Positions 58,751-64,000 of a stretch of 64,000 nucleotides of DNA are shown here, one piece after another. The notes beneath the pieces were generated by a model. That model made no database searches and had not been told where the DNA came from. It saw only the letters and a list, made by a program, of their open reading frames with translations. The DNA is from the human T2T-CHM13v2.0 reference genome, Homo sapiens, in assembly GCF_009914755.1 (NCBI RefSeq), contig NC_060926.1; one strand, 5' to 3'. Position numbers and translations under genes: made by a program. The first letter of the stretch is position 1; every line of letters starts with the position of its first letter.

Positions 58751-59568
58751 GTGGAGGCCGCTAGCCTTTCAGTGGCCACCGCCGGCGTTGCCCTTGCCCT
58801 GGGACCCGAGACCAGCAGCAGGACCCGGGACCCCAAGCCCGAGAGGGATACTCGGTTCGACCCCGAGCGGCGCCGTCCTGCCGGGCCGAGGGCCGCCCTT
58901 CTCTGTCTTCACGGTCCTGGTGGTGACGCTGCTAGTGCTGCTGATCGCCGCCACTTTCCTGTGGAACCTGCTGGTTCCGGTCACCATCCCGCGGGTCCGT
59001 GCCTTCCACCGCGTGCCGCATAACTTGGTGGCCTCGACGGCCGTCTCGGACGAACTAGTGGCAGCGCTGGCGATGCCACCGAGCCTGGCGAGTGAGCTGT
59101 CGACCGGGCGACGTCGGCTGCTGGGCCGGAGCCTGTGCCACGTGTGGATCTCCTTCGACGCCGGAGCCTGTGCCACGTGTGGATCTCCTTCCACGGCTGT
59201 GCTGCCCCGCCGGCCTCGGGAACGTGGCGGCCATCGCCCTGGGCCGCGACGGGGCCATCACACGGCACCTGCAGCACACGCTGCGCACCTGCAGCCGCGC
59301 CTCGTTGCTCATGATCGCGCTCACCCGGGTGCCGTCGGCGCTCATCGCCCTCGCGCCGCTGCTCTTTGGCCGGGGCGAGGTGTGCGACGCTCGGCTCCAG
59401 CGCTGCCAGGTGAGCCGGGAACCCTCCTATGCCGCCTTCTCCACCCGCGGCGCCTTCCACCTGCCGCTTGGCGTGGTGCCGTTTGTCTACCGGAAGATCT
59501 ACGAGGCGGCCAAGTTTCGTTTCGGCCGCCGCCGGAGAGCTGTGCTGCCGTTGCCGGCCACCATGCAG
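58751..59568 (+). pseudogene. HTR5BP: 5-HT5B serotonin receptor pseudogene, exon 1 (TM1-TM5); no exon 2 seen in the window
   Basis: Class A GPCR segments [85 protein letters not shown] in three frames; start GTG in Kozak context; +1 shift at ~58820; 35-bp duplication with a 1-bp deletion at 59125-59196; donor CAG|gtgagg at 59568. Confidence 0.93.
59125..59194. repeat. 35-bp tandem duplication inside HTR5BP TM3
   Basis: gccggagcctgtgccacgtgtggatctccttc(g/c)ac twice. Confidence 0.96.
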
Positions 59569-60249
59569 GTGAGGGGTGGGCTGAGGAACGTTGCTTTGGG
59601 GAAGCGGTTGCTAGAGAAGGAGGCGGCTTCGCGAATGGGAGAGTGGGCGGAAGCTTGTACTAATGGAGCGCGCGCCCAGAGATCACCTGGGGCGCACGAG
59701 GACAAGTTTGCCATCAGTTCTTCTGAAGCGGGCACCGAGGGGCTTGTCACCGGCTCACCTGGCACGCAAGTGAGGGGTTCGCCAGCTGCGTACTTGGTGC
59801 GCGCAGAGGAAAGGGTTTCACAATCTGCACGTTAGGGAGGCAGATCTGACACCGACCCACGACGCACGATATGGCCGGAGGGGCTTGTAGGTTCAGCCCG
59901 TCTCAGTAGCGATGAGGGCACATCTTGTTACCTGCACTATCTGTTGTTTTCCCCCTCAAGTGCCCCTGTCCATGTGAGTCCTGGAGCCGCCGGCTTCCTT
60001 GTCCCAACTAGACCTAGAGGGGATGCAGTGGACTGGGAATTCGTCTTTCAGAAATTCCTGTGACCAATCACGCCTTATTTTCTGTCTCCACCGTACCCCA
60101 GTCTATCCTCTGCAGTTCAGAGACTATTCCCCAACTCCATTAGCCAGCACCCTGCCAAGGGGAATAGTGAGGATTTTAAAATATAATAATTGGTGTCACT
60201 TTGCTTTCCTTATCTCAACCCCGGAGCTATCCTCTAGTGATTTAGGAAA

Positions 60250-60420
60250 GAGAACCATGGATTCAAATCCCAGCTTGGGACATTAGGACAGTTGCTTAAT
60301 ATCTGTGGGTCTCATTTCTTCATCTTTAAACATGTTCATTCGTAATTGATAGGGCTCTTGGTGAGGATTACGTGAGATGAAGAATGTAAAGCACCTGGCA
60401 TAGTGGCTGGCACACACTGG
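60250..60420 (+). mobile_element. MIR SINE
   Basis: ggattcaaatcccagct...tctgtgggtctcatttcttcatctttaaa...gtgaggatta...gtaaagcacctggcatagtggctggcacac. Confidence 0.7.
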
Positions 60421-62404
60421 GTGGCAGACTGGCTGGAGAAAGAAGGGGTTCAACAGGATATTGCCTGGCAGTCCATAAGGAGGAGGAAGATAATGCTGGA
60501 AATGTAATGAGATGAGCAAAATTGCAGTCGGCAGATCTTCTCTCACCGTATTTATTATTCTGTCTGAAGCTTTCTGCCTTTTGGCCAGGATCTAATAGGT
60601 GCTCAGCATCCTTCTCACTCTGGAAGCCTCAACTTTCTCTTTTGAGGGTATCAGGTGTTTCAAGTAACATGCTCCTGGTCCTATAGATTAACAGGATTTA
60701 TTGCCCTTTGCAAATACAATACATGGGTGAGGGAAGAGGTGCATATGAGAGCAAAAAGAGACAAGGAAAGTTTTTTGTTGCTAGTTTTGTTTTAATTTTG
60801 GAAAATTAACTCAGATACTTAGAATACAGGACAAATACATGTGATTTTTAAAGTAGGCCTTTTTTCTTCTACATTAAATGGCAGAGGAATTTTGCAGCAT
60901 AAAATAGGAATGTCAAGACTATAACTGGAAGTGTTGGTGAGGGAGAGTTTTATTCAGAATTAATGATGTTCTTTGAAAGGTCCCTTGGAAATGCCTGGGG
61001 TGATTATAGCTTTTCTGTCTGATTGCCGAGCTAGGGCTGACTTTTAATAGCTACGTCAATCCAATGCGCACTTAGAGAAATCACGGTGAAATGGATGCCG
61101 GAAAACCTTGCCAAGCCTGATTTTAGTGTTCATTTTTGACAGTTCCCATTCAGGCAGGTGACACAGGGAAGAGGTGCCTGGATGAGAGGCTGGCCAATCT
61201 GGAGTGTCCATTGGTGGATAGAGAGAGCTCTGAGAGGAAGAGGAACTGTTAAAAATTTAGCCACTCCCGGCAGGAGGACCTGGGGCAAGCCCTTCCCCAC
61301 TTTGGGCCTCAACTTCTCTAACATACAGTATTCTTCTAAGTCATGTCTAAGGGCCTTGAATCACAGGATGCTGAGATTGTAGATGGGGTAGTGTTCAGGA
61401 GCATGCTGCTTCTACGGGTCACAGCAAGCCCTCACTCAAACTTCTGGGTAATGTTCCTGAGTCCACGTTTGCAAGCCTTCTGGAAACAAGACATCTAAAC
61501 AAAAGTGTAAAACACCGCGCCAGGAATACTTCCTCTCTACTTTCCCCCACCTGCATCATTCTACACTCCAGGCGAAATGAGTTGTATTGTGTTTAGGCTC
61601 TGCAAAGTGTCTGTACTGTTTTCTGCAGGGAACAGGAGCCTATGTGAAGCCTGAAGGCCTCTGTTGATGAGGCTGTGTAAGACCTTCATCTTTTTCAGAA
61701 TTCCGTGTCTAGGTCCCAACACTAACATATTATAAGACAGGGGTCTTATCAGAATGTAGTTTTTGGGCAATGATTAATCCTTTGGGGCAAAATGCAGTTT
61801 TTCAAAGTTGAGAAGGGAAAAAAATGTTTATTGAGTGAATTGTCTCTTCCAGACACATTTCTGATGCTTTACATTCACCCTTTCATTTCATTCTCACAAT
61901 TCAGTAAAGTTGGCATTAAGTCTCTATTAGTCAGGATAAGCTAAGGCATGCTGTGGTAACATGTAACCCCAAACCAGAAGTTTATTTCACTCTGACTTAA
62001 AGTTCAATGTGGGTCTGCATACCTGCACAGCTCTCTTCCAGGCAGTCTCTCATGATTTTGGGCCATTTATCATTTTTAGCTATGCTGCCTTGCACATGTG
62101 CCTTCCAGATTTATTGTGGGAGAAGAGCTATGTATGGAGATATGCCAGCTTTTTACTGCCTTACCCTGAACTGGAAGCATGTCATCACTATTTGCAGCCC
62201 ATTGGCCAGCCATTGGCAGTGAATTGGAAGGGAGCATGTAGCTATCTGGTGAGCACTGTCTTTGCCATAAGGCCCTCATTTTACAGATGAGAAAACTGCA
62301 AGAGAAAACTATGGTAAGGCACCACAAACCTAGTTCATCCAAAACCACGCAGTTACTGGGTAGAGAGTCTGAAGGTTGTACCAGATCTAAGAATCACTAT
62401 TTTT

Positions 62405-63154
<750 letters not shown>

Positions 63155-63504
63155 CTATTGCTTGTTTGATTTCTGTGTGCAATTTGATGCTGGGACCTAG
63201 TTATCCATCAGGCGTAGTAGTCATACTACTTAGAACCAGAATTCTTTTAGGGACCCATAGAAATATTTTAATTTTAATTTCTTTTAAAATTAGAGGAAAA
63301 ATGAATATAACACTAATGAATATATTATAATGAATCCAGTCTTGCTTATACTTGCTTATACTAATGTTTAACATAATTTTCAGTATTTCTTAATGAAGGA
63401 AGGGATACATTAAGGCAAAGATGTCTAGGGACCACACAAATTATAATGAAGCCTTGGTTAATATCTTGCCCTCATTCTTTTTTTTAATCGTACTATTGCT
63501 TTCT

Positions 63505-63917
63505 TTTTAAAATTTTTAAATATATTTTTTAATAGCTTTGGGGCTACAAGTGGTTTTTGTTTACATGGATGAATTATATAGTGGTTAATTCTGAGACTTT
63601 AGTGCAATTGTCACCAGACTAGTGTCCCCTTCTAAGTCTCCAAAGTCCATTATATCACTCTGTGTGCCTTCCCATATATTCATAGCTTAGCTCCCACTTA
63701 TAAGTGAGAACACATGGTATTTGGTTTTCCATTCCTGAGTTACTTCTCTCAGAATAATGGCCTCTAGCTTCATCCAAGTTGCTGCCAAAGACATTATTTT
63801 ATTCCTTCTTATGGCCAAGTAGTATTCCATTATGTATATATACCACATTTTCTTTATCTACTCATTCGTCAATGGGCACTTAGGTTGGTTCCAAATCTTG
63901 GCAATTGTGAATTGGGT
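63505..63917 (-). mobile_element. L1PB-like 3' end, antisense
   Basis: ggtttttgtttacatggatgaatt, catagcttagctcccacttataagtgagaac, ccattcctgagttacttc. Confidence 0.8.
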
Positions 63918-64000
63918 TCTTGCACTCATTCTTAATAAATATATATTGGGAGATAATGTACACAGTGGTTAAGAGCATGGGACTTGGAAACAAAGAAACG

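Larger units (their letters stand above)
57810..59900. promoter_or_regulatory. HTR5BP: CpG island over the HTR5BP promoter and exon 1
   Basis: Very high GC and CpG density throughout. Confidence 0.85.

Noticed and set aside
59432-59444. PRDM9-type motif CCNCCNTNNCCNC (CCGCCTTCTCCAC) as proof of a hot spot
   Set aside because: Degenerate motif expected by chance in GC-rich DNA, and PRDM9 specificity turns over too fast to explain older substitutions
58751-59835. Functional 5-HT5A/5-HT5B receptor gene
   Set aside because: No ATG, frameshifts, DRY motif and conserved Trp residues lost

Overview
Primate, almost certainly human, genomic DNA matching the DDX18 / HTR5BP locus (human chr2q14). Left part (2450-9965): three nested LINE-1s, with a nearly full-length but inactivated L1PA2-like element inside a 5'-inverted L1PA8A-like element, itself inside an old L1M 3' end. 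The inner element lacks its first ~20 nt, including the YY1 site. Middle (14050-31650): the complete 14-exon DDX18 DEAD-box helicase gene on +. The CDS assembles to 2013 nt / 670 aa, it has a CpG-island E-box promoter, and its last intron is U12 (minor-spliceosome) type. Then a CpG island with no coding gene (~35.3-36.5 kb) carrying a 48-bp VNTR, followed by repeat-rich intergenic DNA (Alu, L1M, LTRs, DNA transposons, a MADE1 palindrome, a 52-bp VNTR). Right part (58751-59568): exon 1 of the HTR5BP serotonin-receptor pseudogene. I found no wholly new gene system. The most unusual signal is that HTR5BP appears to have decayed almost entirely by A/T->G/C substitutions plus local tandem duplications, suggesting a GC-biased gene conversion hot spot. 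Repeat subfamily names and comparisons to orthologues come from recalled consensus sequences and need confirmation by alignment.
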